DNA from: Glaucostegus cemiculus
Lineage: Eukaryota
Assembly (NCBI GenBank): GCA_976551045.1
Contig: CDPCPM010000033.1
Coordinates: 10,354,001 to 10,418,000, forward strand
Reading direction: 5' to 3'
DNA length: 64,000 nt
Shown: piece after piece, positions 50,203 through 62,664 of the stretch
How positions within the stretch are numbered: the first letter of the stretch is position 1
Layout: each line of letters starts with the position of its first letter
Notes under the pieces: generated by a model
Databases searched by the model: none
Seen by the model: the letters and a program-made list of their open reading frames with translations, nothing else
What the model was told of the DNA's origin: nothing
Made by a program: the position numbers and the translations under genes

Positions 50203-51699
50203 TACACAAGTAGATAGGGTGGTTAAGAAGGCTTATGGATTGCTTGCATTTATTAATCAGGGTATTGAGTATAGGAGTTGGAAGTTATGATGCATCTCTA
50301 TAGAACTCTGGTTAGACTTCATTTAGCGTATTGGAAGCAATTCTGGTCACCTCACTATAGGAAGGATGTTAAGGCTTTGGAGAGGGTGCAGAGAAGGCTT
50401 ATGAGGATGCTGCCTGGATTAGAGGCTATGTGCTATCAGGAGAGCCTGGACAAACGGGCTCTTTTCTCTGGAGCAGTGGAGGCTAAGAGGTGATCTGTTG
50501 GAAGTGTATAAAATTATGAGGGGCATAGATAGGGTGGACAAACAATATCTTTTTCTCATTATTGAGTGATCCAATACCAGAGGGCATGCATTTAAGGTGA
50601 GGGGAGTAGGTTCAGAATAGACGTGAGGGGTACATTTTTTTTTATATTGAGAGAGTAGTGGATGCCTGGAATGCATTGCCTGATTGAGGCAATGCATGAT
50701 GGGTGGTGGAGGCAAATTCATTGGTGGCTTTTAAGAGGGGCTTGGATGGGCACATGAATGAGAGGAAAATAGATGGATTTGGGCATTCTGTAGATAGGAG
50801 GGAATAGATATGTCAGCACGGCATTGTGGGCTGAAGGGCCTGTCCTGTGCTGTACTGTTCTATGTTCTAAAATCACTTGATTTGTTTTTTGAACCACTGT
50901 GTAAATACTAATGGCTGATAAAATAAAAATAGTTAATATAGAGAGGATATGAACAAATAAAATGATTTTACACTTCAGTAGAAACAATGGTGTTTGTGCT
51001 GATGTCTGATCCTTCCTTCATTGGTTTATGATTTGATTTGATCTTTTAGTTTTTGCATAGTGCTACCATTTGAGACATTTTTCCAAAAGTAAGTTGTTCA
51101 ATCTCCTGGAATTGCAATTAAAATTCAGTCAATTTCAGTAAACTTAACCTGTTCAAAACCTGTGAGTAATTATCAATGTAAGATTGTGTTACTGAATGGT
51201 TAAATGTTAACAGTCACAGAGCTCTCTCCAAAAAAATATAAATACCTGGAACTTAATAAGATGTCTCTGACCACAGCTTGCTGCCTACAAATGTTGAGAA
51301 AATGAAAAAGTATAGACTTTTTGTGATTTCTGTCAATTTGCTGTAGGTTGTACCATCTGCAAATAATAAGGCCCTGTGTAGTGATATCACATGGATGGCT
51401 GAAAATGGCCTTGACCATAACCTGGCTGAAAAATATGTAACTGCTGGAAAAGCAATCAAGGACTTTATATGCTTCTAAGTACCCTTGACATTCAAAAGCA
51501 ATAAAAAATCAATTAACCTATTGGTAATGTTAAAATTATTCATTTAAATTGGTTAAAACACTCAATTATTAAACATTTTTTTTAAATCTTAGCAAATTTT
51601 ACCAATTCAAACAAAAATAGGAAGTTGCATTAGATATTCTCTGTACCATCATTACTTTTGATGACTAGTCTTTTTGTTATTTTTCCTGTTCTAACCACA

Positions 51700-52230
51700 G
51701 CTAGAGAAATCACCAGCAGACAAGATCAAGGAAAATCCAGTTATTTTATATGTATGTTAAGAGCAAGAGGGTAATGACGGAAAGATTAAGGCCCATCGGG
51801 GACCAAAGGGGCGATCTGTGTGCAGAGCCAGAGGATGTGGGCCAGGTCTTAAATGAATCCTTTTCATCTATATTCATTAAAGAGAAAAACATTGAGGTTG
51901 CAGAATTCAGTGAGGGGATGGGGATTTTCTAGAACATTTTAACATTAAAAAGGAAGACAAATTAGATATCTTACTGGGCATAATATTCCCAGGAGCTGAT
52001 GAGATTTGTCCCAGGCTGTTATGATAGGCAAGGGAGGAGAATTTTTGGAGGCCTGACAGAGATTTTTAAATTTCGCCGCAGGTCAGGTACCAAGTGACTG
52101 GGATGCAGCAAATGTGGTATCTTTATTAAAGAAAGCAGAGCAGGCTATGGGCCTAGTTCTGGAAAATGAGGTTAGCATGAATGAGTACATGATGATCAGC
52201 ATAGATGTTCTGGGCCAAGAGGCCTCTATC
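51700..52230 (+). mobile_element. Decayed CR1 ORF2 fragment
   Basis: IKENP..FYMYVKSKR.....RPIGDQRGDLC.EPEDVG.VLNE.FSSIF. Confidence 0.65.
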
Positions 52231-53671
52231 TGTGATGTTTGACTCTATAGCTGTTATCAAGCAAGTATTTACACTGAATCATGTGAGTATAAATTAGGAC
52301 AAATGATTGAAAGTTTGGCCAGAATGATAGGCCTTTAAGATGAAAATAAAGGGGAAAAGTTAGGGAAGTTGAGGAAATAAACTCTAAAGGTTGAAGACTT
52401 GGTAGTTGAATCCACATTTGTAAATGGAACAGATTAAAAGAGAGAATTTATCCAAAATCTTACTGCTATAACAAGTTCAGTACTGTACAATAAGTGTCAA
52501 CTTAAAGTGATTTTGTAACTGGAAGGCATACATTTAAAATCCCTTCTTTTAAAAAAAAATGCTAACAGAAAGGTTAAATGCAAAAGGTTTGCAGGAATTA
52601 CTTTAGTAGAGCCACGGAATGGTCCAAGCAGTATTGATAATAGCCTTTGAACAAAAATGCAGGTAAGAATTTGAAAATAATATGCAAAAGGTTTGAGGAA
52701 AGGGTAGGGTAATTGGCAGCTATTTCAAAGGAATATCACAAAGAAAATGGCTCATTGTACTACTTGAAGCCTTCATTTTGAATTGGATAGTCCTAGCAAT
52801 CCTCACTATTTGATTTTTCTGAGAGCATTCTTAAAGGGCTGGTGACATTTCATGAGCAGATCCTTTCCTCAGCCTGTTCTTTTAATAACCATCTACAATT
52901 TAGTAGGCATAGTCATACCTTTGACACTGTCTCAATAAATAAATAAATAATATTGTTCTATTCCCCAAGGTAACCCCGCAGTCTCAGTTGTTGCGAATTT
53001 ACCAACAAAATTGTATATCATTTTTTATTTTAAGAATGATTCTGTTAAAAAAAACTCATCTGTATTGCCAGCAACACAATTCGAACCTTCCCCTAGCATT
53101 CTAAGGCTGTCCTTGAAATTCCCAGATTTTAACAAAGAGCAGTTTCCTTGAAAACACCTAAAAAATCTCTAACAACCTAATTTATGAAGGAGGTTCAGTG
53201 TGATATAACTCCTTTCTGAGCCTTGAGCTGTGAACCTGTCACTGATGTGTTAGAGTTGGCTGATGCTGACTATAGATAGAGCAAAGGTCATGAGTTCCAC
53301 CAGCAGTTAGTGATACTTACTGTACTTGTGACACCGAGAGAATTTGTGATGGAGATTGAGGCTGTGATTAAGTTATCCTAAGGGCACACCCACAGGATTT
53401 CAAAGTCTCAGATGATTGGAAAAGACTGCAAAACAAAAGGACTCTTAGTAACATTTGTTCAGTACAGTTATGCAGCATCTGTGATAACTTGGAGGTTCCA
53501 CATAATTTAAAAGTACAAAATAATCAGTTCCTCTATTGTAAGATTTTGGAAGGTTTAAAGCTGGGTTACACTAACTGTTAAGTATGTTTGTGGTATTTTA
53601 AGACATGGCTCTTGTGAGACATATAAATTGAAATGAAGAAAAAGAAAAACTTAATTTGAAGTTTCCTATAT

Positions 53672-54234
53672 ATCAGCGCCTCTACAGCCTCAGGAAGCTA
53701 AAGAAATCTGGCATGTCCCCCTTAACACTCACTAACTTTTATCGATTCACTATAGAAAGATGGTGCATCATTGCTTGGTATGGCAAGTGCTCTGCCCTGG
53801 ACTGCAAGAAACTGCAGAGAGTTGTGGACACAGCTCAGCACATCACAGAAACCAGCCTCCCCTCCATGGACTCTGTCCATGCTTCTCACTGTCTCAGTAA
53901 AATAGCCAGCATAATCAAAGACCTCACCCACCTGGGACATTCTCTCTTCTCCCCTCTCCCATCATGCAGAAGATACAATAGCCTGAAAGCACGTACTACC
54001 AGGCTCAAGGAAAGCTGTTATAAGACTATTGAACAGTTCCCTAGTACAATAAGATGGACTCTTGACCTCACAATCTACCTCGTTATGATTCTACACCTTA
54101 TTGTTTAACTGCACTACACTTTCTCTGTAGCTGTGACTCTTTACTCTGCATTCTATATTGTTTTACCCTGTACTACTTTAATGCACTGTGTAATGAATTG
54201 ATCTGTATGAACAGTATGCAAGACAAGTTTTTCA
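53672..54234 (+). mobile_element. Rex1/Babar LINE 3' fragment
   Basis: ORF 53656-54108: QRLYSLRKLKK.GMSPLTLTNFYR...AWYGKCSALDCKKLQRVV; 3' UTR cut off at gacaagtttttca by the CR1 that follows. Confidence 0.9.
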
Positions 54235-54261
54235 GTAAGGAGCCAGATGTGAAGGGAAGGG

Positions 54262-54648
54262 TTCCAGAATATTCTGAGGGGAGAGGGGGAGCAGCCAGAG
54301 GTCTTGGTACATGTAGGCACCAATGACGTAGGCAAGAAAGGAGAAGAGGTCCTGAAGGAGGAATACAGAGAGTTAGGAAGGAAGTTGAGGAGAAGGACCT
54401 CTAAGGTGGTAATCCCAGGATTGTTGTCTGTGCCACGCGCAAGTAGTAGCAGGAACAGAAAGCTATGGCAAGTGAATGTGTGGCTTAGTGACTGGTGCAG
54501 GGGGCAGGGCTTCAGATTCCTGGACCATTGGGACCTTTTTTGGGGGAGGGAAGACCTATTCTGCAAGGATGGGTTACACCTAAACTCAAGAGGGTCCAAA
54601 GTCCTGGCGGGAATGTTTAACTTAGCTGTTGGGGAAGGTTTAAACTAA
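54262..54648 (+). pseudogene. CR1 ORF1 C-terminal SGNH/GDSL esterase-like domain
   Basis: QNILRGEGEQPEVLVHVGTND...DGLHLNSRG: SGNH blocks III and V known from CR1/L2 ORF1; stop TAA at 54646-54648. Confidence 0.9.
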
Positions 54649-54687
54649 TCAAGCAGGGAGATGGCACCCAGGATATTAGGGTAAAAG

Positions 54688-57600
54688 ATGATGGAGAAAG
54701 GCAGGAGATTTAAAAAAATGATAGAGAAAGGCAGGAGATTAAAAAAAAACAGGTCCAAGATAGTGTGTGATAAGGATGGCAAGACGGACAGGCAAGTGAT
54801 TAATCAGGGTAACATGCTGAATGATAGTAGTACAGTAAACGAGGATGCTAGGACACAGGATGTTAGACTAGAGGTGGAGGCAAATAGAAAGAAGTCAGTG
54901 ACAGTGAGCAATCAGGATGGAAAGAAGGACGAGGAAATGAAAATTAAGGATAAGTTGCTGAAAAATGGAGGCACAACAAAATCAACAGTGGATAATGAAC
55001 TAAAGATATTATATCTAAATGCACGTAGCATTAGGAATAAGGTAGATGACCTAGTAGCACAGCTGCAGATTAACAAATACGACATTGTGGCAATCACTGA
55101 GTCGTGGCTTTATGATGGATGTGACTGGGAGCTCAATGTCCAGGGGTACACAGTATATAGGAAGGATAGGCGGGTAGGTAGAGGGGGTGGTGTGGCCATG
55201 ATGGTTAGTAATGAGATAAAATCAATAGAAAGGAAGGACATTAGGTCAGATGAGGTGGAAACTTTATGGGTGGAGCTAAGGAATAGTAAGAGTAAGAGGA
55301 CAGTTGTAGCTGTTCTATATAGGCCCCCTAATAGCAATCAAGAGGTAGACCATAAGTTGCAGCTAGAGATAGAAAAGGCATGTCAGAGTGACAATGTTAA
55401 GATAATTATGGGTGACTTTAACATGAAGGTGGACTGGGAAACCCAGCAAGGCAGCAGTTCTCAGGAGAGCGAGTTTGTTGAAAGTTTACGGGACAGCTTT
55501 TTGGAGCAACTTGTTGATGAGCCCACCAGGGGGTCGGCTGTTTTGGATTGGGTGTTGTGCAATGAACCGGAGGTGATTAGAGAACTAAGGGTAAAGAAAC
55601 CATTAGGAACTAGTGACCATAATATGATTGAGTTCAGATTGAAATTTGAAAAAGAGAAGTTGATGACTGGAGTGTCGACATTTCAGTGGAACAAGGGGAA
55701 TTACAGAAGGATGAGAGAAGAGTTGGCCCAGATTGATTGGAAATATAAGCTTGCTGGAGGGACGGCAGAACAAAAATGGGTGGAATTTCAGCAAGAAATA
55801 AGGAAAATGCAGGATAGATACATTCCAAGAAAAAAGAAGGTTTTAAATGGAAAGAGGACACAAATGTGGATAACGAGAGAGGTGAAAGCTAAAATAAGAG
55901 CAAAAGGCAAGGCATACAAGGAAGCAAGAAGAAGCGGGAAAACAGATGACTGGGAAACTTTTAAGAACCTACAGAAAGAAACTAAGAAGGTCATTAGAAA
56001 AGAAAAGAGAAATTATGAAATGAAATTGGCAGAGAAAATTCGAAAGGATACTAAGAGTTTTTTTAAATATATAAGGAGTAAAAGAGAGACGCGGGTTGAT
56101 ATAGGACCAATAGATAATGGTGCAGGAGAGATTATTATGGATGATAAAGAGATGGCGGAGGTGCTAAATCAGTATTTTGCACCAGTCTTCACGGTGGAAG
56201 ACATTAACAATATACTGGTTAATCAAGGGACTCGAGGGACGGAACTGAGTTCAGTTAAGATTACTAGAGAGAAAGTGTTGGGGAAGCTAAATGGGTTAAA
56301 GACTGATAAGTCTCTGGGACCAGATGAAATACATCCCCGGGTACTGAAGGAAGTAGCTTTATAAATAGTGGCGGCATTAGTGATAATTTTTCAGGAATCT
56401 ATAGACGCTGGCATGGTTCCAGAGGACTGGAGGGTCGCAAATGTAGTTCCGTTGTATAAGAAAGGTGGGAGACAGCATAAAGGAAATTACAGACCTATCA
56501 GTCTTACATCTGTGGTGGGGAAGATACTAGAATCGATCCTCAAGGACGAGGTGATGGAATACCTGGAGGTGCAAGGCAAGATAGGTCCTAGTCAACATGA
56601 GTTGGTGAAGGGAAGATCCTGCCTGACCAATTTATTGGAGTTTTTTGAAGAAATCTCATGCAGGGTGGACAAGGGAGAGGCCGTAGATGTAGTGTATTTA
56701 GACTTTCAGAAGGCATTCGACAAGGTGCCACACAAAAGACTAATTAGTAAGATGAGAGATCACGGAATAACAGGCAGGATAACAGAATGGGTCGAGCATT
56801 GGCTGGATGGCAGGAAGCAGAGGGTAGGAATAAAAGGTTCCTGTCCTGGTTGGCTGACGGTTACTAGTGGTGTTCCGCAGGGGTCAGTGTTGGGGCCCCT
56901 TCTTTTTACCTTGTATATTAATGATTTAGACGAAGGAGTAAATGTGGCTAAGGTTGCAGATGACACTAAGGTTGGGGGAGGAGTGGAGAGTAGTGAAGAG
57001 ACAGGAAAGTTACAGAGAGACTTGGATAGTCTAGGAGAATGGGCGAGGAAATGGCAAATGAGGTTCAACGTGGAAAAATGTGCAGTTGTACACTTCGGAA
57101 GTAGAAATAAACAGGCAGACTATTATCTAGAAGGAGATAAAATTGGAAGTACAGAAGTACAAAGGGACTTAGGGGTGCTCATACTGGATAACCTAAAGGT
57201 TAACCACCAGGTTGGATCGGCAGTAAGGAAAGCGAATGCTATGTTGGCATTTATTTCGAGGGGTATAGTATATAAAAGCAAGGAAGTGTTGATGAGGCTA
57301 TACGAGGCACTGGTGAGGCCTCATTTAGAGTACTGTGTACAGTTTTGGGCCCCATATCTTAGGAAGGATGTGCTGATGTTGGAGAGGGTTCAGAGGAGAT
57401 TTACTAGGATGATTCCTGGGATGAAAAGGCTTACATATGATGAGCAACTGTCAGCACTTGGACTGTACTCGTTGGAGTACAGGAGAATGAGAGGGGACCT
57501 AATAGAAACGTATGAGATGTTGAAAGGAATGGACAAAGTGAATGGGGTCAAGCTGTTTCCTTTGGTGGGGGAGTCCAGGACTAGAGGGCACAACCTTGGA

Positions 57601-57787
57601 ATTAGAGGAAGTGGGTTCAAAACAGAGGAGAAATTTCTTTAGCCAGAGGGTGGTGAACCTGTGGAACTCCTTACCACAGATAGCAGTGGGGGCCAGATCA
57701 TTGGGGATATTCAAGAAGGAAATAGATAGATATCTAATTGGTCGAGGTATCAAGGGATATGGAGATAAGGCAGGAATTTGGAGTTAG
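54688..57787 (+). pseudogene. CR1 ORF2 (APE endonuclease plus reverse transcriptase), disabled
   Basis: YLNARSIRNK, AITESWL, YRPPN, MGDFN, SDHN (APE); [32 protein letters not shown] (RT). Premature TAA at 56362-56364 and a frameshift near 57625. Confidence 0.95.
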
Positions 57788-58349
57788 AATAGTTTTTTTT
57801 TCTCTCATTCTTTTTCATCCTCTTTTTCCCTCTTTTTTCCCCACCCTCTCTTCCCTTTGAAGCAGACTCGATGGGCCGAGTGGCCTGCTTCTGCTCCATT
57901 ATCTTGTGATCTTGTGTGACCCCTTATCATATTTGATCCAGAGGCACAGCTGGATATTGGGAGTTCACTGGCAGACAGTAAGGTCGGATTCTGATGTTGG
58001 GATGCAGTCCACAGATGGGGGAGGAAAAGACACCCTGAAAATTTGAGGGTAGCCAGGCAGCTGTTCCCTAGAAAACCACCGCCTCCATCAGAGCTCGATC
58101 CAGCCTATCACTCTTTTTAGGAATTTCCACAGAATTTAAATCTATCACTTTTTTGGAAATTTGATTTTGATTGACTTTGGACCCTTTTGAAACTTTTGCT
58201 TTTAAGGAGGAACCGTAAACTTGGTGTATTTGATTTGGGAGATCTAGATTATTATGGATGTTGTATAGCTGTATGAGTAAACATTAATGAAGAGTCAATT
58301 TGACTGATTTCTCTGGTATTCTTCTCCCAGAGCCTGCATATGTTCATGT

Positions 58350-59535
58350 TTATGTCCTCACTGGCCACAGGAATAGTGCCAGATGATTGGAAGGTGACAA
58401 ATATTGCTCCTTTGTTTAAAAAAGGGAGTAGGGATAACCCTGGGAATTACAGAACAGTGAGTCTTACTTCAGTGGTGGGCAAATTACTGGAGAAGATTCT
58501 TAGAGACAGGATTTATGGGCATTTGGAGAAGCATAGGCTGTTTAGGGACAATCAGCATGGCTTTGTGAGGGGCAGGTCGTGCCTCATGAGCCTGATTGAA
58601 TTCTTTGGGGATGTGACAAAGTACATTGATGAAGGCAGAGCAGTGGATGTGGTGTACATGGATTTTGGCAAGGTGTTTGATAAGGTTCCTCATGGAAGGC
58701 TTATTCAGGAAAGTCAGAAGGCATGGGATCCAGGGAAACTTGCCTGTGTAGATTCAGAATTGGCTCACCCATAGAAGACAGGGTGGTGGGAGATAGAGCA
58801 GATTCTGCCTGGAGGTCAGTAACCAGCGATGTTCCACAGGGATCTGTTCTGGGACCCCTGCTCTTTGTGATTTTTATAATTGACTTGGATGAGGATGTGC
58901 AAGGGTATGTTAGTAAGTTTGCTGATGATACAAAGATTGGTGTTGTGGATAGTGTAAAAGGTTGCTGTAGATTACAACAGGATATTGATAGGATGCAGAG
59001 CTGGGCTGAGAAGTGGCAGATGGAGTTCAGCCTGGATAAGTGTGAAGTGATAAACTTCGGGAGATTGAATTTGAAGGCAGAATACAAGGTTAACGGCAGG
59101 ACTCTCAGCAGTGTGGAGGAACAGAGGGATCTTGGGACCCATGTCCATAGATCCTTCAAGGTTGCCACACTGGTCAATAGGGTTGTTAAGAAAGTGTATG
59201 GAGTGTCAGGGTATTGGGTTCAAGATCCGCGAGGTGATGTTGCAGCTCTGAAGAACTCTGGTCAGACCACACTTGGAGTATTGTATTCAATTCTGGTCAC
59301 CTCATTATAGCAAGGATGTAGAAGCTTTAGAGAGGATACAGGGGAGATTTACCAGCATGTTGCCTGGACTGGAGAGCATGTCTTATGAGGATGGGTTGAA
59401 TGAGCTAGGGCTTTTCTCTTTGGAGAGAAGGAGGGTGAGAGGTGACTTGATAGAGGTGTACAAGATGATAAGAGGCATAGATTGAGTGGACAGTCAGAGA
59501 ATTTTTCTCAGGATGACAATGGCTAACATGAGGGG
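58350..59535 (+). mobile_element. CR1 LINE RT fragment
   Basis: ORFs 58340-58774, 58723-59310 and 59273-59485 with RT motifs ([17 protein letters not shown]); 3'-truncated. Confidence 0.92.
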
Positions 59536-61584
59536 CCCATTACTTTCTTATTTCTACAATAGATTTTCAACCAATTTGTTTTGCCAAGCTACAAGATGCA
59601 AAGCCTCACTTTTGTAGATATAATGTATGTTGGTTTGTTACCTAGTGCTCATATTGCTTAGTTTTTTATCCTTAAATTTGTAAAAGGAGCAAGTTCTGCT
59701 TTATACTTTGAGACTATGTCTGTGGAAATTAAAATCACCGAAGATGTAAAACAGGTATCAAAATGTGATTCGATCAGTTTCTCACCAGGAAGATTAGTTT
59801 GAATAGATTCATTTTTATATTTTCATTAAAACTCTAGGGGGTGGTAATTTAATTGATGATGCAGTGCAATTCAGATTATTTGTGATGGACATAACCAGAA
59901 TGATTAGATGTATTCTGACTAGCCCTTGATTAAAAGCAATCTTGATATACCTTGAGCAAGGATCAAAGCTGTGCCACTTGTTCAAGTGGCAAGGGCCATA
60001 ATCATGTTATACAGCCGTCTTACTAGGTTTCTGGGCTCTACTGTTATATATTACTGTTTTTTTCTTTCCTTTAGCCCAGTAGGCTGTCATTATGATCTGC
60101 ATTCCCTTAGCACGAATGTGCTTGGAAAGCAGGACTTCAAAGCATTGTTCCAACATTCATTTAGCTGATCTTAACTGAGGTAATCATCATGTTGACTTGA
60201 GATTTCCAGCTCTGCAAATTGTATTCAATTCACATTATTCCAGCACAGCATGAATGTTGGAAATGCAAAACTGATTTCACTTCTTTTGATGGTGCTATGT
60301 TTCTATTGTAGTTCAATATGCAGCATATCCATACATTGAAAACATAAGTTTCAGCCATTGATTCAGACTGCTTAATAAAGATGAAGCAGCTTGTGGATGA
60401 CATGTGGAGTGATTAAACAGGCAAAAAATGTCGAAGCTGGCCTATGTTGAAGCCACATTGAGAAAAAAACATAGAAAATGCTTGACTTAATCACATGTAG
60501 AAGAAAAAGATATTCAGAAAAGGAACAATTTAAACACTCAGCAAAGAACTACAACCAATAATATACGGTATACTTTACAGAAAAGTATGCTCTGCACATT
60601 GAATACATTTACACATATTAAAATAATTTAGCTAATACAGAAATCAAGGTGATTTGTGCTGTTTTAGGCAACATAGTGACCTATGCAGGGTAACAATAAT
60701 GATGAATGTGCCTCAGCAAGTGTGATTCAAAGGGAAGTTTCTGTTACCTTAGAGAGTTTGCACTTATTTATAACAGGCAGTTACATGCTAACATTAAATT
60801 ATTTGCATGATATTTTGGAATAAGTTATGGTCCATAATACTTAGATTGTGAAGAGAAATTTCAAAGCAATATTAAGCTTTGTGGCATCTGTTTTCTAAGC
60901 CCATAAACCTTGAAAACAGGATCTATGCTGATGGTAAGTATGTCTGCTGTCCTGTGTGTAAAGGGGTTTGTATGTGTGTTTAATGTCCATTGATAGGTAG
61001 CTGTGTAGGCAGATCACATTGTTAGTCAGTGTGGGTGCTAGACAAGTTTCAGTTCTTAGGTACCTTAAATAAAAAGGCACAAAGTTTGGGCTGTACTGAG
61101 CAGAAAGCAAAAAATTAGGATTGTGAGTAGGAATCAAATGATGATGGAAAGTTTGAGTGAGTGAAGGAGCATCAGCTGAGCAGAAATCTGAAACTACTTT
61201 GGCCCCACTGGTAACTGTGGGCTCAGAAATGCCCTCACCATAATTGATAATACTGTTTCTTAACATCTGCGAGCATTAAAACATGCAGGGTTCAGGGTTC
61301 CCTCCTTTTCACCTAACCCCCCCTTCCATCCTGCATACCCCCACAATTAATGTTGGATGCCTCTTGTAATGTGCCATCATCCCCTGAAAATAAAAGTGTC
61401 TCTGAGACATATTTAGGTGATGTGGCTGTCATGACAGAACAAATAATCAGATGTTGATTTGAAAGTTGGATCAGTGCTAAGTGTCTATGGATGAGATAAA
61501 ATTTCTTCAGTTTGTGGTCGAGAATGATGAACATTTTTGCTATGTCAGTGATGTTGTTGTGTATTGAATGATGGGTAAGGTTAG

Positions 61585-61675
61585 TGGAAAATGCTGGAAA
61601 TACCAAACAGGGCAAAAGCATCTGTAGAGAGAGCAACACAATTAATGTTTTAAGTTGGTGAGCTTTCATTAGAAT
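61585..61675 (-). mobile_element. Penelope-like tail relic
   Basis: gaaaatgctggaaatac...gcatctgtagagagag...attaatgttt; similar relics at ~22790-22870, 39030-39125 and 47060-47180. Confidence 0.5.
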
Positions 61676-62664
61676 AGGTTGATGAGGCTAGTTAGTAAGA
61701 TATTGAGTCTGACTGTGCATTCACTGATCGTGAACACTCTTGTGTGATCATTAACCTCTTCCTGCAGTTCATCCATGTCCTGGGGCTACCCTCCTAGCTT
61801 TTACCTCCAAAACAATTATTTCTCTGCCTGGAACCCTCTGCCCCCCCCTAGGATACAGAACATTTCCTCCTTTCCACTTCTCACACTAAGAAAACAAATT
61901 TGAAAGACTGACATTTTGGACCCAGAACACTCTTGAGCTCCATTGAAGATGTCAAGGTGTGTTAATGTACGTGAATCCTTTTAATGTCGGAAGCAGTTAA
62001 AAACAAACCTTGCTACAGTGACAATCCCTTTTGTTGGCAGACCTCCGTGGAAATTCCAGCGATCGCAGCATAAGTGCTGACAGGTTGTGGGACTACTGCA
62101 CAAATGCACATCCCAAAATTACTGGCTGAGCCCTGCCAGCCTTTTCCTGCTGTATTCTGCCACTTTGCATGGAGTCCAATGGCAGAGTAGAAGCCTGAGC
62201 CTCTTTGCCAAGTCCCACATCCAGTTAACCCAAATCACAGGGTCTGTAGCTCATTTATTTGAATGGCAAGTATAGACCTGTGGAGAAGAAAGGTAACAAG
62301 TAGACACTTAGTTATGCTTTACATATTTTAGTTGGTTTGATAATTTTATCTTTAGCCCATTAATGTTTTTTTTTAATTTTTTGTAAAGTATATGTTTCAT
62401 TCTCAATCACTTTTGAATTTTCAGATATATTCAAATGCATAGAGAAACCTTGACAGCTGTGATAGAAGACAAAGCTGAGAGTAGGGATTCATTGCCAATT
62501 AAAGTTCCTGCAAGGAGTTTTGGGGATGGGGCTTTTAGTGTGCCATCCATGTGACTCAGTGACGTTGTTGAAGGGCCTGCCTCTGTTCAGGGCTTGGCCT
62601 CTTGGCTCTGGGAGCGTCTGGACTAGGAAACATGACTTTCCAAATATTGAGGAGATAAGTTCAG

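Larger units (their letters stand above)
49296..50868 (+). mobile_element. CR1 LINE RT and 3' fragment, interrupted by solo LTR A
   Basis: FDKVPH, WIQNWL..RRQRV, SGVPQG.VLGP, SKFADDTK; 3' UTR ending ttctatgttcta. Confidence 0.92.
54250..57914 (+). mobile_element. Near full-length, recently inactivated CR1 LINE (5'-truncated within ORF1)
   Basis: ORF1 esterase, APE endonuclease, RT and 3' UTR ending (cttgtgat)n; very few disablements. Confidence 0.97.

Noticed and set aside
59555-59630. Possible next DPP10 exon (…acaatag|ATT TTC AAC…)
   Set aside because: It starts Ile-Phe but continues NQFVLPSYK, not the expected HYSYTASY-like sequence, and has no matching donor. The next exon is probably outside the window.
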